Shown here piece by piece: positions 52,169 to 63,104 of a DNA stretch of 64,000 nucleotides. The stretch spans positions 1 through 64,000 of the forward strand of contig JAZNAU010000039.1 in NCBI GenBank assembly GCA_045586685.1, written 5' to 3'. Source of the stretch: Clostridia bacterium. GTDB taxonomy: Bacteria; Bacillota; Clostridia; HGM11514. The translations under genes and the position numbers were made by a program. Numbering within the stretch: the stretch's first letter is position 1; every line of letters begins with the position of its first letter. Below the pieces are notes generated by a model that searched no databases, was not told the origin of the DNA, and worked only from the letters and a program-made list of their open reading frames with translations.

Positions 52169-53303
52169 CTTTCTTCTCTCCCTTCAGGTAATTTCTCGCA
52201 AAACATTCCAACATACGGGAACCATACCAGATACATTCTTCTTCCGCGATAAAGTCAGAGGAATGTAACGATGCTTTTCCCCCGCTTCCCAAATGGAATA
52301 ATACTCCCTTTGCTTCCTTTGCAAAATAGGAAAAATCCTCGCCCCCCATAAAGGGAGCAGTTTCCTGCACAACGTTTTCTTCTCCCAAAACCTCTTTTCC
52401 CGTACGAAACAATAATTTGGTTAACTCAGGATGATTATATACAGGAGGATATAATTTGCGAAAACGGTAATCACACTGTACTCCTCTTGCTTTGCAAATT
52501 TCCTTGGCAAGTATGCCGATTTCTTCTTCCATTTTCAGTCGCAGTTCTTGGGTAAAGGTGCGTACCGTTCCCAAAATTGTAACACGGTCGGGTATCACAT
52601 TAAAGGAGCTACCCCCATTGATTGCACAAACACTGACCACGCAAAGCTCGTCCTTCATTTTCTGTTCCAATGAAGCAATGGCTGTTACAATTTCTGATGC
52701 CACAGGCAAGGGGTTTTTTGCAAGATGAGGATACCCTCCATGCCCGCCTTTTCCCGTAACTGTAATGGAAAATTCATCGGGAGAGGCATAATAATGCTCC
52801 GGCTTACAGGCAATTTTGCCAACCTCAAGCCCTGGTTTTACATGAAGTGCTGCCGCTGCAGAAATACCCTTTGCCACGCCTTCGCCAATCATGGGCTCTG
52901 CACCTCCCGCTCCTTCCTCCGCAGGTTGGAACACAAATCGAACTTTACCGTTTTTGGGAGGGTTTTCGCAAAATAACGCGATACAACCAAGGAGACAGGA
53001 CATATGAATATCATGTCCACAGGCATGCATTCTTCCTTTGTTTTTTGAGGAAAAGGGAAGGTTTGTTTCTTCAGTAACCGGCAATGCATCCATATCTGCA
53101 CGCAACAAAATGACAGGGTCGCCATTTCCAATTTCCGCCACAATTCCCGTTTTGGCAATTCCGGATTGAAAGTTCACGCCCCATTCATTTAATACATCAC
53201 AAATAATCTGAGCGGTTTTCACTTCCTCAAATTCCAGCTCAGGATATTGATGTAGCGTTCTTCTGATTGGTATTATTTTTTCTAATAACGTATTTTTTTC
53301 CAA
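52128..53303 (-). CDS. M20D-family amidohydrolase
   Basis: LRADMDALP, MHACGHD, FQPAEE, GGHG, GEDFS; TTG start after GAGGTG. Confidence 0.9.
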   Translation of the reverse strand: MEKNTLLEKIIPIRRTLHQYPELEFEEVKTAQIICDVLNEWGVNFQSGIAKTGIVAEIGNGDPVILLRADMDALPVTEETNLPFSSKNKGRMHACGHDIHMSCLLGCIALFCENPPKNGKVRFVFQPAEEGAGGAEPMIGEGVAKGISAAAALHVKPGLEVGKIACKPEHYYASPDEFSITVTGKGGHGGYPHLAKNPLPVASEIVTAIASLEQKMKDELCVVSVCAINGGSSFNVIPDRVTILGTVRTFTQELRLKMEEEIGILAKEICKARGVQCDYRFRKLYPPVYNHPELTKLLFRTGKEVLGEENVVQETAPFMGGEDFSYFAKEAKGVLFHLGSGGKASLHSSDFIAEEECIWYGSRMLECFARNYLKGEKKVGTEKESESNQQR

Positions 53304-53367
53304 TAAAAAACACCTCTTCATGGTATAGTATATCATACCAAGAGGTGTTTGTAAAATGAAATTTTGA

Positions 53368-53622
53368 TTACAAAAATTTTCCCAACAGTAACAAAAGAGC
53401 CGCACCGGGCAATCCTAAAAATCCTGTCAGCAATACACTAAATAGATTGATTCCCACCGTCACTCCCGTAATTCCTTGCAAAAAATTAAATCCAACTAAA
53501 ACCGCCAGTCCCGCAAGACTGTTCATTCCTAGTCGCAATAATAATTTCAATGGTTTTAAAAACAGGCGAATTGCCGCCAACACCAAAAAAATACCCACAA
53601 TAATGGTAATCGGTTCACTCAT
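53368..53622 (-). CDS. bofA: Pro-sigmaK processing inhibitor BofA family protein
   Basis: Small hydrophobic protein with GINLFSVLLTGFLGLPG motif. Confidence 0.8.
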   Translation of the reverse strand: MSEPITIIVGIFLVLAAIRLFLKPLKLLLRLGMNSLAGLAVLVGFNFLQGITGVTVGINLFSVLLTGFLGLPGAALLLLLGKFL

Positions 53623-53780
53623 GTCCATCCCTCCTGTTTTACTGTATGAGAAAAACAAAAGAAAAATACCGCTTTTTCAAACGGTATTTTCCACTTATTA
53701 CAAAAAATAATTATTATTTTTACTTTTTTCCATCCGGACGATTTTAACATTTCCATTGGGATTAGGGAAAATAGTGCAGA

Positions 53781-53850
53781 TTGAACAAACCGAACCCGCA
53801 GGGGTTACCAGAAGGCGTATGTGATACGCCGAGAGGTGAGGTTTGTTCAA
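53781..53850. repeat. Branched palindromic element (REP/MITE-like)
   Basis: Terminal IR TTGAACAAACC/GGTTTGTTCAA enclosing AACCC/GGGTT and GGCGTAT/ATACGCC hairpins. Confidence 0.55.
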
Positions 53851-53855
53851 AACAA

Positions 53856-53889
53856 AAGGCAAAATGGCTTTATAAAACCATTTTGCCTT
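53856..53889 (-). terminator. Terminator after the EF-G-like gene
   Basis: AAGGCAAAATGG/CCATTTTGCCTT with T-rich tail on the minus strand. Confidence 0.7.
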
Positions 53890-53920
53890 GTATGGTCTGT
53901 GCATTTTTCCACATCCCAAA

Positions 53921-55969
53921 TTATTCGTCTTTATTTTTCTGTGCCTCTTCTATAATTTTTTGTGCAATGTTGGGAGGTGCTTCCTCGTATCGTTCAAAGG
54001 TGAAGGTAAAGCTTCCTCTTCCGCCGGTTGCGGAACGAAGGTCGGTGGCATACTTGGTCATTTCGCCCATGGGGACTTCTGCAATGACCTCACCGGGATT
54101 CATTCCCAGCACACGCCCCCGTCGCTTATTGATACCGCCGATTATATCACCCATATAAGAATCGGGAACATGAACCTCTAAACGTCCCACAGGTTCCAGT
54201 AACACGGGGCCTGCTTCTTCCAACCCCTTCTTGTATGCGAGGGACGCTGCTACTTTAAACGCCATTTCGGAAGAATCAACAGGGTGGTAAGAGCCATCTA
54301 CCAAAGTTGCTTTCAGGTTCACAACAGGATATCCCGCCAGAACACCGTGAGCAATGCATTCCTGTAAGCCTTTCTCAACAGCAGGGAAGTAGTTCTTGGG
54401 AACAGCACCGCCAAAAATTTGCTCGGTAAATTCCAGTTCCGGTTTGTCCCCTGGTTCAAACTCAATCCATACATGACCAAACTGACCATGACCGCCGGAT
54501 TGCTTTTTATGCTTTCCTTCTACTTTTACCTTCTTACGAATGGTTTCCCGATAAGCAACCTTAGGTTCAATCAAATCAACAGAAACACCAAATTTCGCCT
54601 TCAGCTTACTTACAGTCACCTCCAAATGTTGTTCACCAAGACCTGACAACAACATCTGTTTGGTTTCGGTATTGTTCTCTAATTTTAAGGTAGGATCTTC
54701 TTCCAACAATTTATGCAAGCCGGCACTGATTTTTTCTTCATCGCCCTTTTCTTTGGTTTTGACAGCCAGTGACATAGCAGGAACGGGGAATGTAACACCG
54801 TCTAACACAATGGGCTTTCCTGTTGCACACAAAGTTTGCCCTGTTTTTGTTTTAGCCAGTTTTGCCACAGCGCCAATATCTCCTGCAGTGATTTCCGAAA
54901 CCTCAATTTGTTTTTTCCCTCTGACTACATATAATTTCCCAATCTTTTCCGGCTCTCCTGTAGAGGCATTCAAAACTTGGGAATCGGCTTTAATACTGCC
55001 GGAGAATACACGGAAATAGGACATTTTTCCAACATAGGGGTCGGCCACCGTTTTAAATACCAAAGCAGATAAGCTATCCCCTGCAGTCAGTTCTACTGTT
55101 TCATCTTTGCCGGGAACCAAACCGGTCACTGTATCAGAAGGCATGGGCATATATTTCACAATCGCATCCAACAAAAGTGAAACTCCGCCGCCTGTCAAGG
55201 CACTGCCGCAGAATACAGGCACGATTGCACCGGAACGAACCCCGCTCTTTACTGCCTTTACAATCTCTTCCTGAGTAAAATCTTCCCCTGCAAAATACTT
55301 TTCCATCAGGGAATCTTCTGTGACTGCAATGGTCTCTTTAATCATATCAATAAATTTTTCAATGCCGTCTTCCAACCATTCGGGCATATCACAATCGGTC
55401 AGCTCGATACCGGTACCGTTTTTTGCTTTTTTATGTACCAAATCCACAAAACCGGTCAGCTTTCCATCTTCTTTTATAGGTGCTACAAACGGCATTACCG
55501 CGGTACCGAAACATTCTCTCAGTTGTTCGACTACCTTGGTATAGCCGGAATTTTCATCATCCATTTTGTTAACAAAAATAATAGAAGGAATTCCACGCTC
55601 CTGAGCATAATTCCACGCCTTTTCAGTTCCTACCGAAACGCCGGACTTTCCGCTGACAGGAATCAGCGCGGCATCAGCAACCCGAATCCCTTCCATCGCC
55701 TCTCCGGCGAAATCGAAGTAACCCGGTGTGTCCAGCATATTGATTTTACAGCCATTCCATTCAAAGGGCAATAGAGCTGTGCTAATTGAAATGGTTCTTT
55801 TAATCTCTTCCGGATCAAAGTCAGAAACGGTATTTCCGTCTGCCACTTTTCCCCAGCGGTCGGATGCGCCTGCCATATGCAGGCAAACCTCCCCTAAAGT
55901 TGTTTTGCCCGCATGTCCGCCTGAAACCAAGCAGATATTACGGATGCTTTCCATCGGGTATTGCTTCAT
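53921..55969 (-). CDS. Elongation factor G-like paralog (EF-G2)
   Basis: AGKTT, DTPG, NKMD, KQSGGHGQFG, VDSSEMAF; G1 and G2 diverge from canonical EF-G; not in an rpsL-rpsG operon. Confidence 0.9.
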   Translation of the reverse strand: MKQYPMESIRNICLVSGGHAGKTTLGEVCLHMAGASDRWGKVADGNTVSDFDPEEIKRTISISTALLPFEWNGCKINMLDTPGYFDFAGEAMEGIRVADAALIPVSGKSGVSVGTEKAWNYAQERGIPSIIFVNKMDDENSGYTKVVEQLRECFGTAVMPFVAPIKEDGKLTGFVDLVHKKAKNGTGIELTDCDMPEWLEDGIEKFIDMIKETIAVTEDSLMEKYFAGEDFTQEEIVKAVKSGVRSGAIVPVFCGSALTGGGVSLLLDAIVKYMPMPSDTVTGLVPGKDETVELTAGDSLSALVFKTVADPYVGKMSYFRVFSGSIKADSQVLNASTGEPEKIGKLYVVRGKKQIEVSEITAGDIGAVAKLAKTKTGQTLCATGKPIVLDGVTFPVPAMSLAVKTKEKGDEEKISAGLHKLLEEDPTLKLENNTETKQMLLSGLGEQHLEVTVSKLKAKFGVSVDLIEPKVAYRETIRKKVKVEGKHKKQSGGHGQFGHVWIEFEPGDKPELEFTEQIFGGAVPKNYFPAVEKGLQECIAHGVLAGYPVVNLKATLVDGSYHPVDSSEMAFKVAASLAYKKGLEEAGPVLLEPVGRLEVHVPDSYMGDIIGGINKRRGRVLGMNPGEVIAEVPMGEMTKYATDLRSATGGRGSFTFTFERYEEAPPNIAQKIIEEAQKNKDE

Positions 55970-56208
55970 ATCATAAATCCTCCTTGTAATTATTTTTACT
56001 TGATATCCCAAGCTATGTTACCATTATATCACCTTTTTTAGATATTTTCCATAGTTTTTTCGAATAATTTTTAAGTTTACCCTGAAAATATGCACAAAGA
56101 TTTGTTTAAAATATAGGAATTTTAAACAAAAACCTTGTTTTTCATTGAATTTATGTAAAAAAATTGGTATAATAGAAAAAGAAATTTGTGAAAAGGAAGT
56201 CTTACATA

Positions 56209-57474
56209 ATGAAATTACAACCCAGAAAAAAATTACATGGAGAACTGACCGTTCCTCCTGATAAATCTATTTCCCACAGAGCGGTTTTATTCTCCTCCCT
56301 TGCAAAAGGAGAGTGTCAAATCAGAAATTTTTTGGAATCGGACGACTGCTTATCCACCATTTCCTGTATGCGACAGCTGGGGGTGTCCATTGAGCAAAAG
56401 GGAACAGAGGTAAGAGTAAAAGGAAAAGGCCTTCACGGGTTAAAAAGCCCTTCCGAATTGCTGTACACCGGTAATTCCGGTACTACCACAAGATTGCTTA
56501 CGGGGATTTTATGCGGTCAGAATTTTGTTTCTCAAATCAGCGGGGATGCCTCCATCTGCCGCCGTCCCATGAATCGGATTATTGACCCGCTTTCTCAGAT
56601 GGGGGCAGACATTTCCTCTCAAGAAGGATTTTGCCCCATGACCGTTTCTCCTGCCAGATTACAAGGTATTTCTTATCAGATGCCTCAGGATTCTGCTCAG
56701 GTCAAATCGGCTATTTTACTGGCGGGACTCTATGCAGATGGTATGACCTCTGTAACGGAAAACAATCAGTCAAGGGACCACAGTGAACGAATGCTGACCG
56801 CCTTTGGTTGTCAAGTTAACAGGCGGGGAAACACGATTTTGCTAACCCCTCCGGAGGAATTATATCCTTGCGATATTGAGGTAGTAGGTGACATTTCTTC
56901 TGCTGCATTTTTCTTGGTGGCAGGAGCCATTTTGCCAAACTCTTGTATTACCGTAAAAAATGTGGGAATGAACCCTACCAGAACGGGTATTATTGATATA
57001 TTACGCCAAATGGGTGCAAAGCTGACCATTGAGAATGAAAGAATGGTAGGAGGGGAACCCGCAGCAGATATTACGGTGCAGTCCTCTGATTTGAAAGGAG
57101 TTTCTTTCGGGGGAGATATCATGCCCCGATTGATTGACGAAATCCCCATTTTAGCGGTGGCTGCTGCCTTTGCAACGGGGGAAACGGTCATTTCCGGAGC
57201 ACAAGAATTGAAGGTAAAGGAAACCAACCGCATTGATACAGTGTGCGCAGAACTGCAAAAGGCGGGAATCCAAGTGACTCCCACCCATGACGGAATGCTT
57301 ATCCGCGGTGGTGCGCGTATAAAAGGTGCCTCCTTTGAAAGCCACGGGGACCATAGAATTGCCATGGCATGTACCATTCTTGCCTTAGGTGCAGATGGAG
57401 AAAGTGAGCTTATCAATCCCGAGTGTGCTTCTGTTTCTTTTCCGGAGTTTTACGAAACGTTAAATCGATTATAA
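56209..57474 (+). CDS. aroA: 3-phosphoshikimate 1-carboxyvinyltransferase
   Basis: DKSISHR, GNSGTT, SAQVKS, KETNRI, DHRIAM. Confidence 0.96.
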   Translation: MKLQPRKKLHGELTVPPDKSISHRAVLFSSLAKGECQIRNFLESDDCLSTISCMRQLGVSIEQKGTEVRVKGKGLHGLKSPSELLYTGNSGTTTRLLTGILCGQNFVSQISGDASICRRPMNRIIDPLSQMGADISSQEGFCPMTVSPARLQGISYQMPQDSAQVKSAILLAGLYADGMTSVTENNQSRDHSERMLTAFGCQVNRRGNTILLTPPEELYPCDIEVVGDISSAAFFLVAGAILPNSCITVKNVGMNPTRTGIIDILRQMGAKLTIENERMVGGEPAADITVQSSDLKGVSFGGDIMPRLIDEIPILAVAAAFATGETVISGAQELKVKETNRIDTVCAELQKAGIQVTPTHDGMLIRGGARIKGASFESHGDHRIAMACTILALGADGESELINPECASVSFPEFYETLNRL

Positions 57475-57508
57475 AAGGAAGGTCGCAGCCAACGGCTACG
57501 ACCTTTTC

Positions 57509-59356
57509 TTATTGTTCTGTTTCTTTTTCCTCCGGAACTTCCTCTGCTTGGGGTTGTTCCATCACAGCTTTAAATTCATCTCCATCCAAAATTTCCTGTT
57601 CCAGCAAAGCATTTGCTACAGCATGAAGCTTATCAATATGCTCTTTTAACATCTCAACTGCTTTTTCATAGCCGGATTCTACAATTTTATAAATTTCTTC
57701 ATCAATTTTTGCGGCAATTTCCTCGCTGTATTGCTTAGAATGACCAAAATCTCTGCCGATAAACACTTCGTCCTGAGAAGATTTATAAGCAATGGGTCCC
57801 AAATTGTCGCTCATGCCGTAGGACACCACCATTTCACGTGCCACTTGGGTAGCATGCTGAATGTCTCCCGATGCTCCGGTGGTTACATCCTCCATAATCA
57901 GCTTTTCTGCCGCACGACCACCCATGGACATAATAATAGTTTGGGTCATTTGTTCTTTGGTCACATACTGGTCATCCGTTTTAGGAAGGGTCATGGTAAA
58001 GCCCCCGGCTCTTCCTCGAGGAATAATGGTGACATGATGCACATCATCCACCAAGGGCAGCAAATATGCGGTAATGGCATGGCCTGCTTCGTGATATGCA
58101 GTGATTCTCTTATCACGGTCGGTTACCACACGGGATTTTTTCTCCGGTCCCATGGTAACTTTCAGCATGGCTTCTTTTAACTGAGGCATGTGAATCACTT
58201 TTTCTCCGGCTCTTGCACAAAGAAGAGCAGCCTCATTCATCAAATTTTCCAAATCTGCACCAGTAAAACCAATGGTGGTTTTTGCTAAGGTTTTCAAATT
58301 CACATCGTCGCCCAAAAACTTTCCCTTTGAATGAATTTTTAAAATTTCTTCCCGACCCTTTACATCGGGAGCACCAACCACGACCTGTCGGTCAAAACGA
58401 CCCGGTCTTAACAAAGCGGGGTCCAGAATATCCGGACGGTTGGTAGCGGCAATAATGATAACGCCCTCGTTCACTGCAAAACCATCCATTTCCACAAGCA
58501 ACTGGTTTAAGGTTTGCTCTCTTTCATCATGACCGCCCCCTAAGCCCGCACCTCTTTGACGGCCCACAGCATCAATTTCATCAATAAAGATAATGGCAGG
58601 AGCATGTTTTTTTGCCTGCTCAAATAAATCACGAACACGGGATGCCCCCACACCTACAAACATTTCCACAAAATCAGATCCGCTGATAGAAAAGAAGGGA
58701 ACCCCCGCTTCTCCCGCAACTGCCTTTGCCAGCAAAGTTTTTCCTGTTCCCGGAGGACCTACCAATAAAACCCCTTTTGGGATTCTGGCACCAACCTCAA
58801 TAAACTTAGAGGGGTCGCGCAAGAAATCAACAATTTCTGCCAGTTCTTCCTTTTCCTCGTCTGCTCCCGCAACATCGGCAAAGGTATGTTTTTTCTTATC
58901 GTCCGTTAACATACGGGCCCGGCTTTTTCCAAAGGACATTGCTCCTCTGCCGCCTCCTCCCCCTTGTCCTTGCTGGAACAGAATAAACATAAATCCGCCA
59001 AACAGTAACAAGGTCAACAGGGTAGGCAACAGGGAAATCCACCAGTTATTTCTTTCATGCTCTGCTTTTACAACCAGAGAGCCCTGTTCCACTGCTTTGT
59101 TAATGGCATCCCCTGCATCCTGATATAAAATATCCTGACTGGGGATATCAATTTGGTATTCCGTTCCGTTTTCCAGTAAAACGGCAACAACCGTATCAGA
59201 CAATATCATTTCGGTTACTTCGCCCTGTTCCAGATATTGAACCAGGTCGGAATACACTTTATTGTTGCCTTCCGTGCCGATACCAAACAATGTCCACATT
59301 CCCCAAATCAATACAAACAATAATAAGTAAAACCCCATGTTTTTCAAAAATCTCAT
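57509..59356 (-). CDS. ftsH: ATP-dependent zinc metalloprotease FtsH
   Basis: [20 protein letters not shown]. Confidence 0.97.
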   Translation of the reverse strand: MRFLKNMGFYLLLFVLIWGMWTLFGIGTEGNNKVYSDLVQYLEQGEVTEMILSDTVVAVLLENGTEYQIDIPSQDILYQDAGDAINKAVEQGSLVVKAEHERNNWWISLLPTLLTLLLFGGFMFILFQQGQGGGGGRGAMSFGKSRARMLTDDKKKHTFADVAGADEEKEELAEIVDFLRDPSKFIEVGARIPKGVLLVGPPGTGKTLLAKAVAGEAGVPFFSISGSDFVEMFVGVGASRVRDLFEQAKKHAPAIIFIDEIDAVGRQRGAGLGGGHDEREQTLNQLLVEMDGFAVNEGVIIIAATNRPDILDPALLRPGRFDRQVVVGAPDVKGREEILKIHSKGKFLGDDVNLKTLAKTTIGFTGADLENLMNEAALLCARAGEKVIHMPQLKEAMLKVTMGPEKKSRVVTDRDKRITAYHEAGHAITAYLLPLVDDVHHVTIIPRGRAGGFTMTLPKTDDQYVTKEQMTQTIIMSMGGRAAEKLIMEDVTTGASGDIQHATQVAREMVVSYGMSDNLGPIAYKSSQDEVFIGRDFGHSKQYSEEIAAKIDEEIYKIVESGYEKAVEMLKEHIDKLHAVANALLEQEILDGDEFKAVMEQPQAEEVPEEKETEQ

Positions 59357-59440
59357 TTCAAAAATCCATAGCCTTTCTGTCCGCCTGCATTAAAATTTTT
59401 CCGTCTCTTGTCGCGAACAAACAAGAAATGAACCCCGCTA

Positions 59441-59986
59441 TCAGCCTTCGTAAACCTCTCTTTTTAACACTCCTAAGTAGGGAAGATTACGGAAATCTTC
59501 TGCGTAATCCAAGCCATAGCCAATGATAAACTCATCGGGCACTTCAAAACCGGTATATTTTACAGGAACCTCCACCTGACGGCGGGAGGGCTTATCAAAA
59601 ATTGTGCAAACCTCTACGCTTTTCGCCCCTTGTTCTTTCAGATAATTGATTAAAAATTTCAGGGTATTTCCACTGTCAACCACATCTTCTGCAATAATAA
59701 CATTCTTCCCTTCTACCGGAAAATCCAATTCCTTTGTCACCTGTATCCTTCCGGAAGAGGTTGTGCTGTTGCCATAGGAAGAAAGGCACATAAAATTGAT
59801 ATTTACAGGCAAGCTGATTGCGCGCATCAAGTCTGAAGCAAACACAAATGCGCCCTTCAGCACGCAAACCAGCATAATTTCCTTTCCCTCATAATCTTTG
59901 GTAATTTCTTCACCCAGCTCTGCCACTTTTTCGGCAATTTGTTTCTCAGTAAACAGTACCTTTTCCACCATTTTGTCCAATGTCAT
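59441..59986 (-). CDS. hpt: Hypoxanthine phosphoribosyltransferase
   Basis: VLKGA, EDVVDSGNT, GYGLDY. Confidence 0.95.
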   Translation of the reverse strand: MTLDKMVEKVLFTEKQIAEKVAELGEEITKDYEGKEIMLVCVLKGAFVFASDLMRAISLPVNINFMCLSSYGNSTTSSGRIQVTKELDFPVEGKNVIIAEDVVDSGNTLKFLINYLKEQGAKSVEVCTIFDKPSRRQVEVPVKYTGFEVPDEFIIGYGLDYAEDFRNLPYLGVLKREVYEG

Positions 59987-61298
59987 TTGTTTTCATCCTT
60001 TCCTGATTTACAATCAAGCAATCTCCCTTTTTTCCGCGGTATTCCTTCGCAACGCCCAATCCTGTTACGGCAATTACCTCACCGTTACACTCAGCAACCA
60101 ATGCACGGTTTCGGATTCTTCGGGGAATTTTTCGATCAATAAACAGCTTCTTTAGTTTTCGATGTTTACCGTTTAGGCAAAACACATCTCCCTCTTGTCT
60201 GCTTCTTATATCAATTCCGGTTTTCACCAGATTATAATCAAATATCCATGTATCCGTTTCTCTCGGTTCTCTCCGAACAGCGGACACGACAATATCCGTA
60301 TTCGGAATCTTAACCGTTTCCCCTTCTTTCAAAGAAACACAGAAGGAAAGGGGTTTACTTTCTTTTGCTATGAGCAATTCATCATAGCTGTTTTCTGCCC
60401 AGATATTTTTTCCGAGACACACCTTTTTTCCTGTTTTTCCTTGAGAAAACAGCTGTAATGCCGCCTCTAAGGGTGCAAACCATAAATCTGCTTTTTCTCC
60501 TGTAAGAGATTCCCAGCATTTTCGTACGATTCGCCTTTGCAAGGAGGGAGAAAGAGTTAATAAATCTTGTCTTTTACAATAAAACCCATCCTCAAACGGG
60601 TAAAACACTTCTTGTCTTTCTGCATCCTGTTTTAATTGCTCCCCATCATCTCTCACAAGCAACGCCGTTTTGCAAAGGGCATCGACCACCTCTGGGTTGA
60701 TTTGTTCCAATAACGGAATCACCTCTAATCGCAAGCGGTTTCTGGTATATTCCAATGAAAAATTACTTTGGTCGGTACAAAATTCCAATCCCTCTGCTTG
60801 ACAAAAAGATTCAATTTCTGCACGGCTTACATTCAAAAGAGGTCTGATATACTTTCCTCTTTTGGGTGACATTCCGCCCAAACCTTCTGTCCCGCATCCC
60901 CGAAGGAGATGCAAAAGGACCGTTTCTGCCTGATCGTTTTTATGATGGGCAAGAGCAATTTTATCTTGCTCCAAGGAATCAAAAAAGGTATATCTTAAGG
61001 CTCTTCCTACAGCCTCCGTATTCATACCGGATTGTCTGGCACATCCTTTTGTTTCAAAAAAGGGAACCTCCCATTTTTTGCACAAAGCTCTGCAAAAATC
61101 CGCCTCTCGGTCTGCTTCCTTTCGCAAACCATGATTCACATGAGCGGCAGAAAGAGAAAAGGGAAGCCGTTCCCGCAATCTTGTACACAAATATAACAAG
61201 CAAACGGAATCGGCACCTCCCGACAGGGCTACTGCCACTCGGTCGTGAGGCTGAATCAAACCTTGCTCTGTTACAACCTTACAAAACCAATCAACCAT
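59946..61298 (-). CDS. tilS: tRNA(Ile)-lysidine synthetase
   Basis: SGGADS, HVNHGLR, AHHKNDQAET, RNRLR. Confidence 0.95.
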   Translation of the reverse strand: MVDWFCKVVTEQGLIQPHDRVAVALSGGADSVCLLYLCTRLRERLPFSLSAAHVNHGLRKEADREADFCRALCKKWEVPFFETKGCARQSGMNTEAVGRALRYTFFDSLEQDKIALAHHKNDQAETVLLHLLRGCGTEGLGGMSPKRGKYIRPLLNVSRAEIESFCQAEGLEFCTDQSNFSLEYTRNRLRLEVIPLLEQINPEVVDALCKTALLVRDDGEQLKQDAERQEVFYPFEDGFYCKRQDLLTLSPSLQRRIVRKCWESLTGEKADLWFAPLEAALQLFSQGKTGKKVCLGKNIWAENSYDELLIAKESKPLSFCVSLKEGETVKIPNTDIVVSAVRREPRETDTWIFDYNLVKTGIDIRSRQEGDVFCLNGKHRKLKKLFIDRKIPRRIRNRALVAECNGEVIAVTGLGVAKEYRGKKGDCLIVNQERMKTNDIGQNGGKGTVY

Positions 61299-62625
61299 TG
61301 TGCCGCTCCAAATTACTAAACTTTGTAAATTGACCCAAGAAACTTAACTCAACCTTACCGGTAGATCCATTTCTGTGCTTAGCAATGATACATTCCGCTA
61401 CATTAGGATTTTCTGTGTTTTCATTATACATCACGTCGCGGTATAAAAACATAACAATATCCGCATCTTGCTCGATGGCGCCCGATTCGCGAAGGTCTGC
61501 CAGCATAGGGCGATGGTCCGCACGTTGTTCTGATGCACGGGACAGCTGAGAAAGGGCAATCACCGGTACATTCAGCTCTTTTGCCATCATTTTCAAAGAA
61601 CGGGAAATGTCACTGACTTCTTGCTGACGGGACTCGCTTTTGCGACCCTGCATCAGCTGCAAATAGTCAATTACAATCAACCCTAAATTTTTCTCCTGCT
61701 TTAACCGTTTACATTTCGAACGAATTTCATTGATAGAAACACTTGCGGTATCATCCAGATAAAAGGGTGCATTGTAATACATTTTGGCAGCCTTCGTTAA
61801 TCTGTCCCAATCGTTTGCGTCCAGATCTCCAACCTTCATTTTCCCCGCATCCACCAAAGCTTCGGAAGATAATAAACGGTTTACCAGCTGTTCCTTTGAC
61901 ATTTCCAATGCGAAAAAGGCAGTGGGAACTTTGCCCCGGGATGCCGCATACTGAGCTATATTAAGCGCAAGAGTGGATTTTCCCATTGCGGGACGGGCAG
62001 CAATCAGAATCAAGTCTGAATTATGAAGCCCAGCAGTCAGTTTATCCAGATCTATCAGTCCTGTGGAAATACCGGTCACGGTGCCTCCTTGTTTTTGCAA
62101 CTCTGCCAACAGCTCAAAGCTTTTGGGAATCACCTCTCCCACCGTAACAAAATCACGAGAGTCCTTATTTTGCAGAATATCAAAAATTTTCTGTTCCGCC
62201 GCATCTAATACGACAGACACCTCTTCTGTTTCTGCAAGGCATAAATTTTGGATTTCTCCTGTTGCGGTTAACAGCTTACGAAGGGTAGACTTATCCTTTA
62301 CAATTTTAATATAGTAATGTAAATTTTCGGTGGTAGGAACTCCTGCCGCCAACTCCGATAAGTAATTCAGTCCGCCGATTGCGTCAAGACTGCCTCGCTG
62401 AATCAGCTGATCCTGCAGTACAACTGCATCAATGGGCTTGCCTACATGGTATAAATCCATCATGGCACAAAAAACCTCTCTGGTTGCCTGCAAATAAAAA
62501 TCGTCTTCCCGCAAGGTTCCGGCTATTACGGAAACCTGTTCCGGATCAAACAATATGGCCCCCAGAACACTTTGCTCTGCTTGACGGCTATAGGGTACTG
62601 TTCTCATTCCTTCCGTCTGATTCAT
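61291..62625 (-). CDS. dnaB: Replicative DNA helicase
   Basis: AARPAMGKS, IDYLQL, DLRESGAIEQDAD, AKHRNG. Confidence 0.96.
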   Translation of the reverse strand: MNQTEGMRTVPYSRQAEQSVLGAILFDPEQVSVIAGTLREDDFYLQATREVFCAMMDLYHVGKPIDAVVLQDQLIQRGSLDAIGGLNYLSELAAGVPTTENLHYYIKIVKDKSTLRKLLTATGEIQNLCLAETEEVSVVLDAAEQKIFDILQNKDSRDFVTVGEVIPKSFELLAELQKQGGTVTGISTGLIDLDKLTAGLHNSDLILIAARPAMGKSTLALNIAQYAASRGKVPTAFFALEMSKEQLVNRLLSSEALVDAGKMKVGDLDANDWDRLTKAAKMYYNAPFYLDDTASVSINEIRSKCKRLKQEKNLGLIVIDYLQLMQGRKSESRQQEVSDISRSLKMMAKELNVPVIALSQLSRASEQRADHRPMLADLRESGAIEQDADIVMFLYRDVMYNENTENPNVAECIIAKHRNGSTGKVELSFLGQFTKFSNLERHNG

Positions 62626-62638
62626 GTTTTTTCCTCCG

Positions 62639-63088
62639 TTATACTTGTGTTACCTTTACCGTGCATGTTCCATGCACCTGAGGATGAAGCTTCACCTCTA
62701 ATTTATGAGTGCCGGTGGTTTTCACCCCACCGTCGGGCACTACCAATTTTCTCTTATCAATCACAATATGATGTTGCATTTTTACTGCTTCTGCAATATC
62801 TTTTGCGGTAATAGAACCAAACAGTTTACCGTTTTCTCCTGCCTTTGCAGACAATTCCACCACAACACCTGAAAGCTTAGAAGCCGTTTCCTGTGCCTGT
62901 TCTAATTCCTGCTGTTGCCGAAATGCTTCTGCTTCTTTTTTTCCTTTTAACACATTCAGGTTAGATTTATTTGCTTCTACTGCCAATCCTTTGGGAAGCA
63001 AGAAATTACGGGCATATCCGTCACTTACTTCAATATAATCGCCCTTTTTTCCTTTTCCTTTTACATCCGCCTGTAAAATAACCTTCAT
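62639..63088 (-). CDS. rplI: 50S ribosomal protein L9
   Basis: [21 protein letters not shown]. Confidence 0.96.
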   Translation of the reverse strand: MKVILQADVKGKGKKGDYIEVSDGYARNFLLPKGLAVEANKSNLNVLKGKKEAEAFRQQQELEQAQETASKLSGVVVELSAKAGENGKLFGSITAKDIAEAVKMQHHIVIDKRKLVVPDGGVKTTGTHKLEVKLHPQVHGTCTVKVTQV

Positions 63089-63104
63089 TTTATCTCAACC
63101 TTTC

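Noticed and set aside
56811-57416. Long antisense ORFs (also 45253-45885 and 58593-59123)
   Set aside because: Fully nested opposite conserved genes, with no recognisable motifs; typical shadow frames.
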